The notes under the pieces are model-generated. The model was not told the DNA's origin. It ran no database searches and worked only from the letters and a program-made list of their open reading frames with translations. A program made the position numbers and the translations under genes. This document shows, piece by piece, positions 30,275-41,786 of a DNA stretch of 64,000 nucleotides. The stretch covers positions 32,364,001 through 32,428,000 of the forward strand of contig OX597833.1 of the NCBI GenBank assembly GCA_951406725.2, in the 5' to 3' direction. The DNA comes from Octopus vulgaris (Eukaryota). The number at the start of each line of letters is the position of its first letter. Within the stretch, counting starts at the first letter, position 1.

Positions 30275-30722
30275 GTTCGATTCCTGGAGGTCCGATGAAA
30301 GGTCTTAAACTTACAGAATTTGTGCATGTCTATATATAGCTCATATTGAATTGCTAATCAAGTTGTGTGAAGAAATTTCGGATACAGTCATGCGAAATTT
30401 CTGAAAATCCGAGTAAGAAGCAAAGTGACTGTCATATCGTGTAGAGGAAAATCTGAGTAAGAAGCAAAGTGACTGTCATATCGGGTAGAGGAACTGATTG
30501 TTATTGAAATTTACAAGAATCGCAGATAAGTTCGATTCTTGGAGATCCGATGAAAAGTCTTGAACTTACAGAATATGTGCATGTCCTTATAGTTCATAAT
30601 CCAGTTATGTGAAGAAATTTTTGGTTACAATCATGCGAAAATATCAGGGAATCCGAATGAGAAGCAAAATGACAGTCTTATTCTGTAGAGGGGCAGATTG
30701 TTATTGAAATTTACAAGAATCA
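30275..30722. repeat. Diverged tandem duplication (~200-250-bp units) with an internal ~43-bp duplication
   Basis: gttcgattc[c/t]tggag[g/a]tccgatgaaa...gttattgaaatttacaagaatc occurs twice. Confidence 0.8.
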
Positions 30723-31141
30723 CAGAGGGAGGAGGAAGGAAGTAGAATTTAATCAGTTACTGCTATTAATGCTATCAAAGAGAAGGGAACGGGAAGCTAA
30801 GGGGATGGACACAAGTTGATACTATAAGAAAATCTAAGCTTGTTTAGTGCAAAATTCGAACTGAGGTCAACAATTTATTTCTTTATTTATAAATGTTACT
30901 ATTAATAGATTGTCAGGTTACAATGAGAGGTCATTAGAAAGGAAAGAAAAAAGGGGTTGTTTTTTAATGAAACCAAACAATTATATTATTATTATACTAT
31001 ATTATATTATATTATATTATATTATAATACATTACAATAGGTTTGGGATTAGCAGAATTAATTATTAGTGTAAAAGAAACTAAGAGATTTAACTAACTAA
31101 TTTTTATATATGGGTTAAAGTGAAAATATATAAATTTAAAT

Positions 31142-31174
<33 letters not shown>

Positions 31175-31218
31175 AATTTATATAAATTTATAAATATATA
31201 AATTTAAATATATATATG

Positions 31219-31268
<50 letters not shown>

Positions 31269-31545
31269 TACACACGAGGCTATAGTAGAAGAAGCCACTT
31301 ACCAAAGGTGCCAATTGAAGATAGAACAATGAAGCCTAATGATATTTCATTGCTAACTTTATGCCAGAAAGACTTCGTTCTTCACTCTCAGAGATGGGTA
31401 AAATAAGCGCAAGGTAAAATACTGCCATCGAAATACTCGTTTAAAACCCTTGAAGAAATTTACTGTACCAGTAAAGAAAGTTAAAGAAAGCAAGGAAAGA
31501 AAGCAAAGGTAGCAAAGAAAATCAATGATAAAATAACAGACGTAC

Positions 31546-31757
31546 GATCCATGGCCAGGATCCAGGGTAAGCTTCCGTGCCTCCCACTATATAGGAGATT
31601 CTCTTCCGGATGAAACTAATTCCACATTCATTCGTGTGACCAGTAGACTTCATAGCATTGCATACATTCTGGCCGATTTTGGAAATATCTTGGTGACAGG
31701 GTGGCGGTCTCTCACCAAGGGTTATTAGCTCCGAGTAAGATGCGGCAATGAATGAGA
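31546..31757 (-). CDS. Serine protease exon: propeptide and activation site (SFIAASYSELITLGERPPPCHQDISKIGQNVCNAMKSTGHTNECGISFIRKRISY-IVGGTEAYPGSWPWI)
   Basis: Hand translation shows IVGG...PGSWPW. Acceptor tttgaag|, donor |gtacgt, 212 nt (phase 1 to phase 0). Not in the ORF track. Confidence 0.93.
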
Positions 31758-31872
31758 CTTCAAAGATAGAAAGTAGAATTGGAAATTCAGGACATATGGA
31801 ATTGAAATAGAAAATATGTGCTTATACATATATGCATGCATGCAGACATACATACACACAAACACACACACA

Positions 31873-31962
<90 letters not shown>

Positions 31963-32156
31963 CATACACACACACACTCATACACCACGCACACAGACAC
32001 AGACACACGCACACACGCACATACACACGTATATATATATATATATATAGAAATTCGGGGTGAGTACTTGATAATTATAAGCACCTGTGTATACCGTTTG
32101 GTGGTGTAGGTGGTGGAGTAAATTGATCAAAATAAAAACATGATGCGAAGGATTCA

Positions 32157-32234
32157 GCGGTACATATGTTTCGGGCCTTTATTAGACAGATTTATAACAA
32201 TGCATAATGTATGTCTGTGGCCTTCTTCAGCCGC
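32157..32234 (-). ncRNA. Type I hammerhead ribozyme motif (mirror copy, sense to the protease pre-mRNA)
   Basis: Reverse complement of 33530-33607. Confidence 0.75.
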
Positions 32235-33529
32235 GCACAACAGCTTCCACAAGGACATGTGTTACATCAAAAATTCTTGGTTGGGGATGCAAATCCTCTC
32301 ATTCGCGTACGACATATTGCTGCAGCAGCATAGAATTGAAGCGTCCATCTCTTTCTTCTCTCAATGTAGAATGAGGAAATTTGGATGTTGAAGTAATGCA
32401 AATAAATAAATACATATATAGACGTGAAGATGGAGGGGCGAGAATTCAGGACGAGGGATAAAAAATGTATAAAAAGTGTAAGTATAGAAAAATATAAAAA
32501 TGTAGAGTATAAAGATATAAAGGGATATAAGGAGATGTAAAGGGGGTATAAAGAATATAAAGAAATATAAAGAAATATAAATGAATGTAAAGGCATAAGG
32601 TTATAAAGTAAAAATAGAAATAGAAATAAAAGTAAAAAGTAAAAAAATAAAAATAGGAATAAACATGATAAAAATGTAAAAAAATATAAAGATAAGGGAT
32701 GTATAGAGGTTACGGACCAAACATGGTGGTCAGGAGATTGAAAAAATTTAGTTGTAGAAGTTTTGGGTGTCAATAAATCAACAGTGTCGTCTGGGGACCT
32801 AGTGTGTTGTAAATCAGAGTTGTTGAGCGTTTAATCTAGTTCTTTGAATTAATTGGTCATCTTGTACATACATAGCATCATGATGGTATGTATGTATGTA
32901 CAAGATGACCAATTAATTCAAAGAACTAGATTAAACGCTCAACAACTCTGATTTACAACACACTAGGTCCCCAGACGACACTGTTGATTTATTGACACCC
33001 AAAACTTCTACAACTAAATTTTATCAATCTCCTGACCACCATGTTTGGTCCGTAACCTCTATACATCCCTTATCTTTATATTTTTTTACATTTTTATCAT
33101 GTTTATTCCTATTTTTATTTTTTTACTTTTTACTTTTATTTCTATTTCTATTTTTACTTTATAACCTTATGCCTTTACATTCATTTATATTTCTTTATAT
33201 TTCTTTATATTCTTTATACCCCTTTACATCTCCTTATATCCCTTTATATCTTTATACTCTACATTTTTATATTTTTCTATACTTACACTTTTTATACATT
33301 TTTTATCCCTCGTCCTGAATTCTCGCCCCTCCATCTTCACGTCTATATATGTATTTATTTATTTGCATTACTTCAACATCCAAATTTCCTCATTCTACAT
33401 TGAGAGAAGAAAGAGATGGACGCTTCAATTCTATGCTGTTGCCGCATTATGTCGTACGCGAATGAGAGGATTTGCATCCCCAACCAAGAATTTTTGATGT
33501 AACACATGTCCTTGTGGAAGCTGTTGTGC

Positions 33530-33607
33530 GCGGCTGAAGAAGGCCACAGACATACATTATGCATTGTTATAAATCTGTCTAATAAAGGCCCGAAACATAT
33601 GTACCGC
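33530..33607 (+). ncRNA. Type I hammerhead ribozyme motif
   Basis: GCGG-CTGAAGA-aGGCC...GGCCc-GAAA-CATATG-TA-CCGC. Stem I GCGG/CCGC, palindromic stem III, GUA cleavage triplet. Confidence 0.75.
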
Positions 33608-33624
33608 TGAATCCTTCGCATCAT

Positions 33625-33661
<37 letters not shown>

Positions 33662-34455
33662 TAAGTTCGTTAGATCGAAACAATATATACACACACAACA
33701 GTATTACGTAAATATCAAACTTGGTACATAAGTATCGGCGAATGATATTCATGCAGTGTATGTAGACAATTAGACCCAGCTGAGTAAAGAAATCCACTCT
33801 TGAGCTATTCACACGTGTACCTTATATTAAATATACAGTCCATAATATTTCTAGAGAGGTAAAAAAATTTTAATGAGTTACAGTAGAGATACAGATGTCA
33901 TTTTTTATATATTTATATATCTTGTTGTATGCTTTATACTTTTATATACCTTATATTTACAGTTTCAAGTTTAAAATTTTTTATATCTGAATACACTCCT
34001 TTATATATTTTTAAATAACGTAATTACACTGGTCAAGAATTTTTTTTTGAAATGGTGTCAAGACACCAAATATCTTTTTTAGCTAATTTGAGAGCGCTGG
34101 ATCTGAAAAACGACCTTACTTTTTCTTGGTTAGCTACAGTTTTTGCTGTACAGAAATGCCTAATTTTTTTTTTTGGGGGGGGGGGGGGGGCAAAAAAAAG
34201 CATTTTTTCATTTGTATTCTGTATATTTGATATTCGTATTTTACAAAATTATATACGTATATTTATTTATTTAATTATTTTATTGTTTTTATCGTGGACC
34301 TGAAAAGTGGTTATATTTAAATTGAATTGATTTTACTATTATCAGTTTTTAAATATAGCCACGAAACACGTGTAGTCATTTTACCAATCATATACTTTTT
34401 ATTTATTATTTTGTACATTACTTAATCATTGGTATATGTTATTATGTGTTTTTTC

Positions 34456-34492
<37 letters not shown>

Positions 34493-34596
34493 AAATAAGG
34501 ATAAAATCTTTATAAGAAATTATCAGTAGTTAGCGTGAAAAACCTCGTAAGAGAAAAAATCTGTAAATTTTTCCACTTTGAAAATATTTATTTATA

Positions 34597-34740
34597 TTAT
34601 ATAGAGGGTACTATTATTCATAGGTACCGCACGCTAGGAGGTACTCTTGCAGTCAAAACTACTAAAATAAAATTTATTTTAGTAGTTTTCACTGCAAGAG
34701 TCCCTCCTAGCGTGCGGTACCTATGAATAATAGTACCCTC

Positions 34741-34750
<10 letters not shown>
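34597..34750. repeat. ~150-bp near-perfect hairpin next to (TA)n (duplicated at about 40027-40183)
   Basis: tatagagggtactattattcataggtaccgcacgctagg...cctagcgtgcggtacctatgaataatagtaccctctata, with 2 arm mismatches shared by both copies. Confidence 0.92.
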
Positions 34751-34838
<88 letters not shown>

Positions 34839-35615
34839 TGTCCTTTCTAAATTCAGGCTTGTGCCTATAATAAGGAAAATATCTCGAGCAGACTCGGTTT
34901 ATTTGCGTTGTTTCTTGGAAATTCTGCTACCCTGCAATGTGAGTTCGCCTTTGGCTTGTTACCTGTTTTATATTATTTTGTGAATAGAACTGTTGTCCGT
35001 TGTCAGACAGAAATTTTCGTCTTACGGGGCGGAAATTATATTGTGGAACACTGTTTAAAAAATATTTTGTGAATTATTTGTGAAATATTTTTTACCAGTT
35101 GACGGGTTGTGAATTTTCTGTTAATTTGTCATTTTTTGGCAAAGATTAAAAAAATTGTCATGGAATTCAACATTGAATCCAACCTAGACTTCTCCGAGAT
35201 GGGAAAAGTAAATGAAAGTCAAAATGCGAGTTCAAAGGATATACAAAAGGGGAAGGAAAAACAAAGTTTAAAATTAGAGAACAACAAGTGGGTGGAGGAA
35301 AGAAAAAAGGGGAAAGGAAGAAAAAGAAATAAAAGAAAAAGAAACAGAAAATTAGGGAGAGAATGCAAAAAATAGATAGAGGTAGAGAGAGTGAAATGAT
35401 GGCAATCCAATAATTATCTAATGAAAGTTAGATACTTCGTTCAGCTTGCGAAACGAACACATATAAAACGCACACATAATACAAACATACATACAAATAC
35501 CATACATATATAGACACACATACAAATATACAAATAAATATATACGCAAATACATGCCCACATATATATTTATATATATATGCATGCACGTATATATATA
35601 AATATATATACATGC

Positions 35616-35677
<62 letters not shown>

Positions 35678-35788
35678 GTACACACATATATACACATACA
35701 TACACATACCTACAATATGTACATACACATAAATATATAGAGACATGTCTTCACATGAAGACAAATATATACACCATAACGTATATAC

Positions 35789-37111
35789 CAATACCCCAAA
35801 AAGGCGATTTGTCCCTCGTCACCAACTACAGGGGCATATCTCTAATGTCAATTGCTGCAAAACTGTACAACAAAGTGATCCTAAATCGTCTTGTCCTTTT
35901 TGTTGAACCTTTGCTCCGAAAGAACCAAAATGGATTCAGACATGGGCGCTCAACGCTGAGCCAGATACTATGCCTGCGCAGACTTATTGAAGAATCAAAA
36001 GCATTTAATCGGGATCTTGCAATGGTATTTGTAGACTTTTCTAAAGCGTTCGATTCTGTAGATAGGTACAAGATGTTTGAAATCCTTAAGCTCTATGGGA
36101 TACCAGACAAAATTATTTCTGCCATCAAGGTCCTCTACACAGATACGTTTTCAACCATCTTAACCCCTGATGGAGAAACATCATCTTTCCCAATCAAAGC
36201 CGGAATACTGCAGGGAGACACACTTGCCCCATTTCTTTTCATCATTGTTGTTGATTATGTGCTACGTATGTCAGTTGATACCATCTCTGGCAAGGGCTTT
36301 GAAATAAAACCAAGAAGAAGTTCCAGACACCCAGCTGAGTACTTGACAGACACTGACTTTGCTGACGACATCGCTCTTATCAGTGATTCTCTCTCCAATG
36401 CCCAGTCTCTTTTACAATCTCTTGAACAAGCCTCAAATTGTGTAGGTCTTTACCTCAATGAGGCCAAAACTGAATACATAAACACGTGCCTGTCCAACAG
36501 TGATTGCATCATCCACACTCTCAACAGTGCGCCTTTAAATATGGTTTCTGATTATAAATATCTTGGGTCATACATATCATCATCTGGAAAAGACTTTCTA
36601 ACTAGAAAGGGTATGGCCTGGTCCGCCTGTAATGACATGCATAAGATCTGGTCATCAAATCTAAGTAGAGACTTCAACTTGAAATATTCAAAGCCACAGT
36701 CGAACCAATTCTACTATATGGCTCAGAAACCTGGACGTTATCAAAGAAGCTTGAGAGGCGGTTGGATGGAACCTACACTCGCCTCCTTATGAGAGCTGAA
36801 AATATCCCGTGGAAGCGCCATCCAACCAAAATGCAAATATATGGGAAATTACCACCTTGTGAAAGGTAGGAGAGTCCAGTTTGCTGGACATTGTTGTAGA
36901 GCTGAAAAAGAAGTAATTTCTACTCTTTTCCTCTGGAAGCCATCTACTCGCAATACCAGAGGGCGCACACTCTCCTACCCTGATGTAATATCCAGGGATA
37001 CAGGCATCCAGCAACAGGACCTCCGTAATGCCATGATGGACCGTGAAGTCTGGCGTAACATAGTAAATTCCATTGTCTCAACCACGGTCGAACAATGATG
37101 ATGATGATGAT
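35789..37111 (+). mobile_element. 5'-truncated RTE-type LINE with 8-bp TSD GTATATAC and a (TGA)n tail
   Basis: YRGISLMS, QNGFR, FVDFSKAFDSV, GILQGDTLAPFLF, FADDIAL. TSD at 35781-35788 and 37112-37119. The empty site is visible in the right IR arm. Confidence 0.95.
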
Positions 37112-37599
37112 GTATATACGCAATCATTTTTAAAATCTGTCTGGTATATATAATATTAAAATGTTAAAATAAGGAAATTGCACAATAAATTAATATAACA
37201 TAATTAAATGCGTGAGGGAACAATAAAAATAAATCTTTGGCGAAGCTTAAGCTTAAATTTGTAAAACAGACGAAGACTTTCTGAAAAGTGAAGTCGAAAT
37301 ATACACTAGCATTGTAATTAACGAAATAACTATAAGGTGTAAATTCAAATTCAAATGCGACAGTCAAAATTTTCCGAAAGTCAAAAGATTTTACCCATTC
37401 GGTATTTTATTGGTTGACACTTTGAACCTCGCGGCGTGCCTGCAGGAATTTAAAATTCGCGTCTCTGGTTCAAAGCATGTTTATCCTGGAACATGTTTCG
37501 TATTTATGTGCTTACTGTAGTGTAACCCGCTCCTTTTTTTTTTTAGAAAGTTTGAGCGATCTCCACAAGCAGGAAGAAGGAAATGGAACTTTACCCATT

Positions 37600-38700
37600 G
37601 GATTTCCTTCTAAATATTATACCCATCCCGGCACAGAAGCAATACATCAAAAGTCTTATCGAAAAACCGGAGGATTTTATCTGAAGAATGAGATGGAGAT
37701 GGAAAGCCTTCTTCTTTGATACAAACCAGAAATCTAATGGAAACAAATATGGCCTTAAATATTCTAAAAATCTACCACCTATTTCGGAATAGTAAGCCTT
37801 TGAAAAAGATCTCTTCTGGCTTATTAGAAATATTAAATTCCACATATTCAACAACCAACTCCAGAGCGATATGGAGTTAAAAGAGAGACATAAAGAACAT
37901 GGATAAGACCTTCATAAATATTGCCGTCAAAAAACTTATATGCGGCTGACAAAAATGTTTATAAACGTCTAATTTCGAACAGCATCAGAGACACTTACAA
38001 AAAAGATAACTCAAGTTTATGTAAAGAGGTGAAATTGGAGGCAAGAAGTATTACTAACAACCTTAAGGTTAGTGATAGGATAGAATACCTCCCCAACCAC
38101 ACCAACCCTTTATTACCCTGAAAGACTACAAAGCTAATTTCAAGAGAAACCTTGGATCTTTTCGGTTTCAACGGCAGTTTTTTCTAGCGGTGTCATATGA
38201 AATTGTCACCCATAATTATGATTCTAGTATCGATCTATTGCATTTCAATCTGTTTTAGGGTTAGGGTTAGTTAGGGTTAGGGGTGGGGGAAGGGTATCTT
38301 TTTTCTTCACAAATGTAAATAAACCCAATCTGTTTCTTAAACGAGGGACATATTCATACGGCACAGAATGTTTTTTACCTCAGTAGACGTCATTGATTGG
38401 TTGAAATTGCAGAAATTGAAGAAAAAAACAAATATCTTACAAACTATAGAATTTTTTCAATAAAGCCAAGAGAAAAAGATGTTTTATAAACAGATTCTAC
38501 CAGTATACGAAGTTTAAAAGTGTTTAGTTACGTGGAAAATATTAAAAAAAACTGCCGTTCAAACCGAAAAGATCCGAAATCCTAAATGTAGACTAATTAA
38601 TCCAGCTAAAACTGAAATTGGTTCAAAGGAATTAACCATAAGCATAACTGCAAATTTACGCATTTTGATATTGTCAATTTTTACCCGTCAATATCTTTTT
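37600..38700 (+). mobile_element. Degraded Penelope-like RT N-terminal region in the IR spacer
   Basis: Remnants AFEKDL..LIRNIKF, TYKK, FITLKDYKANF..NPKCRLINPAKTEIG, FDIVNFYPSI. Confidence 0.7.
38154..38575. mobile_element. 422-bp MITE with ~30-bp TIRs (GGATCTTTTCGGTTT[C/G]AACGGCAGTTTTTT), probable 8-bp TSD, internal TTAGGG repeats
   Basis: TIRs at both ends. Flanks gaaacctt / gaaatcct. Removing it restores the NFKRNPKCRLINP reading. Confidence 0.88.
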
Positions 38701-38702
38701 AA

Positions 38703-38856
38703 GGTGGTGAGTTGGCAGAAACGTTAGCATGCAGGCGAAATGCTTAGCGGTATTTCGTCTGTCTTTACGTTCTGAGTTCAAATTCCGCCGAGGTCGACTT
38801 TGCCTTTCATCCTATCGGGGTCGATAAATTAAGTAACAGTTGCGTACTGGGGTCGA
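38703..38856 (+). mobile_element. tRNA-derived SINE
   Basis: A-box-like TGGCAGAAACGTTAG and B-box GAGTTCAAATTCC. Related minus-strand copies at 12415-12520, 56190-56360, 57200-57420 and 57440-57590. Confidence 0.8.
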
Positions 38857-39105
38857 TTTAAGCTTAAGCTTCGCCAAAGATTTATTTTTATTGTTCCCTC
38901 ACGCATTTAATTATGTTATATTAATTTATTGTGCAATTTCCTTATTTTAACATTTTAATATTATATATACCAGACAGATTTTTTAAATGATTGCGTATAT
39001 ACGTTATGGTGTATATATTTGTCTTCATGTGAAGACATGTCTCTATATATTTATGTGTATGTACATATTGTAGGTATGTGTATGTATGTGTATGTATGTG
39101 TGTAC

Positions 39106-39160
<55 letters not shown>

Positions 39161-39945
39161 TGTATATATATTTATATATATACGTGTATGCATATATATA
39201 TCAATATATATGTGGGCATGTATTTGCGTATATATTTATTTGTATATTTGTATGTGTGTCTATATATGTATGGTATTTGTATGTATGTTTGTATTATGTG
39301 TGCGTTTTATATGTGTTCGTTTCGCAAGCTGAACGAAGTATCTAACTTTCATTAGATACTTATTGGATTACCATCATTTCACTCTCTCTACCTCTATCTA
39401 TTTTTTGCATTCTCTCCCTAATTTTCTGTTTCTTTTTCTTCTATTTCTTTTTCTTCCTTTCCCCTTTTTTCTTTCCTCCACCCACTTGTTATTCTCTAAT
39501 TTTAAACTTTGTTTTTCCTTCCCCTTTTGTATATCCTTTGAACTCGCATTTTGACTTTCATTTACTTTTCCCATCTCGGAGAAGTCTAGGTTGGATTCAA
39601 TGTTGAATTCCATGACAATTTTTTAAATCTTTACCAAAAAATGACAAATTAACAGAAAATTCACAACCCGTCAACTGGTAAAAAATAATATTTCACAAAT
39701 AATTCACAAAATATTTTTTAAACAGTGTTCCACAATATAATTTCCGCCCCGTAAGACGAAAATTTCTGTCTGACAACGGACAACAGTTCTATTCACAAAA
39801 TGACAAAATAATATAAAACAGGTAACAAGCCAAAGGCGAACTCACATTGCAGGGTAGCAGAAATTCCAAGAAACAACGCAAATAAACCGAGTCTGCTCGA
39901 TATATTTTCCTTATTATAGGCACAAGCCTGAATTTAGAAAGGACA

Positions 39946-40037
<92 letters not shown>

Positions 40038-41129
40038 GAGGGTACTATTATTCATAGGTACCGCACGCTAGGAGGGACTCTTGCAGTGAAAACTACTAAA
40101 ATAAATTTTATTTTAGTAGTTTTGACTGCAAGAGTACCTCCTAGCGTGCGGTACCTATGAATAATAGTACCCTCTATATAATATAAATAAATATTTTCAA
40201 AGTGGAAAAATTTACAGATTTTTTCTCTTACGAGGTTTTTCACGCTAACTACTGATAATTTCTTATAAAGATTTTATCCTTATTTTAAAATTAAATATAT
40301 ATATATATATATATCTATATATATATACATATATATATATAATAAAAAACACATAATAACATATACCAATGATTAAGTAATGTACAAAATAATAAATAAA
40401 AAGTATATGATTGGTAATATGACTACACGTGTTTCGTGGCTATATTTAAAACTGATAATAGTAAAATCAATTCAATTTAAATATAACCACTTTTCAGGTC
40501 CACGATAAAAACAATAAAATAATTAAATAAATAAATATACGTATATAATTTTGTAAAATACGAATATCAAATATACAGAATACAAATGAAAAAATGCTTT
40601 TTCTGCCCCCACCCCAAAAAAAATAGGCATTTCTGTTCAGCAAAAACTGTAGCTAACCAAGAAAAAGTAAGGTCGTTTTTCAGATCCAGCGCTCTCAAAT
40701 TAGCTAAAAAAGATATTTGGTGTCTTCACACCATTTAAAAAAAAAAAAAAATTCTTGACCAGTGTAATTACGTTATTTAAAAATATATAAAGGAGTGTAT
40801 TCAGATATAAAAAATTTTAAACTTGAAACTGTAAATATAAGGTATATAAAAGTATAAAGCATACAACAAGATATATAAATATATAAAAAATGACACCTGT
40901 ATCTCTACTGTAACTCATTAAAATTTTTTTATCTCTCTAGAAATATTATGGACTGTATATTTAATATAAGGTACACGTGTGAATAGCTCAAGAGTGGATT
41001 TCTTTACTCAGCTGGGTCTAATTGTCTACATACACTGCATGAATATCATTCGCCGATACTTATGTACCAAGTTTGATATTTACGTAATACTGTTGTGTGT
41101 GTATATATTGTTCCGACCTAACGAACTTA

Positions 41130-41164
<35 letters not shown>

Positions 41165-41401
41165 AATTGCAGCGTGGAAGGTGTTTATTAGCCATTTAAG
41201 AAACACACAAAAGCCGTTCGATTCACTTCAACATTTAAGTTTAAACTTAAATGTTGACAAATTAAACTTAAATGTTGAAGTGAATCGAACGCCTTTTGTG
41301 TGTTTCTTAAATGGCTTATAAACACCTTCCACGCTGCAATTGTTTTCGTTTCAGCACACGATCTCAGATCAAATTACTTGCTATGCGAGTACATCTCCGT
41401 A

Positions 41402-41473
<72 letters not shown>

Positions 41474-41530
41474 GTGTGTATGTGCGTGTGTGCGTGTGTC
41501 TGTGTCTGTGTGCGTGGTGTATGAGTGTGT
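38856..41530. repeat. Right arm of giant inverted repeat
   Basis: Reverse complement of the left arm, with few mismatches. Confidence 0.93.
41161..41402. repeat. ~185-bp palindrome plus a one-sided tail, inserted in (TA)n
   Basis: aaacaattgcagcgtggaagg...ccttccacgctgcaattgttt, then ~55 nt of unique tail. (TA)n on both sides. Confidence 0.88.
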
Positions 41531-41542
41531 TTCTACACATAA

Positions 41543-41574
<32 letters not shown>

Positions 41575-41639
41575 GTACATATGCGTGTGGGCTTGTAACA
41601 TGGGTATAAACTGAAACTATATTAAAAGAATTCTGATAC

Positions 41640-41670
41640 CAAAAGAGCAGAACACTGAAAATTGCATATA

Positions 41671-41712
<42 letters not shown>

Positions 41713-41751
41713 TATGTGTATGTGTATGTGTATGTATATGTATGTGTGTAC

Positions 41752-41786
<35 letters not shown>

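Larger units (their letters stand above)
32050..33627. mobile_element. Penelope-like pseudo-LTR fold-back: ~735-bp arms (32136-32870 / 32895-33628) plus a one-sided tail, inserted in (TA)n
   Basis: Near-perfect palindrome centred at about 32880. Each arm carries a hammerhead motif. Flanked by (TA)n. PLE assignment is inferred from the hammerhead and the inverted pLTR-plus-tail layout. Confidence 0.75.
31970..37258. repeat. Left arm of giant inverted repeat (interrupted by a PLE palindrome and an RTE insertion)
   Basis: 31970-32040, 33627-35788 and 37112-37258 are reverse-complement matches to 41460-41530, 38993-41160 and 38856-39002. Identical short ORFs appear on opposite strands in the ORF track. 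Confidence 0.93.

Noticed and set aside
32140-33624. Duplicated 83-aa and 108/168-aa ORFs on opposite strands
   Set aside because: A consequence of the palindrome, with no recognisable domains.
38255-38290. Telomere or chromosome-fusion site
   Set aside because: Only about 4 TTAGGG units, internal to a TIR-bounded MITE.
38703-38800. tRNA gene
   Set aside because: A/B boxes are followed by a SINE body repeated several times in the window, and no cloverleaf is evident.
33660-41140. A/G differences between the IR arms as a trace of an A-to-I edited RNA intermediate
   Set aside because: Only a few were seen by eye, other mismatch types are also present, and no directional bias could be established without an alignment.
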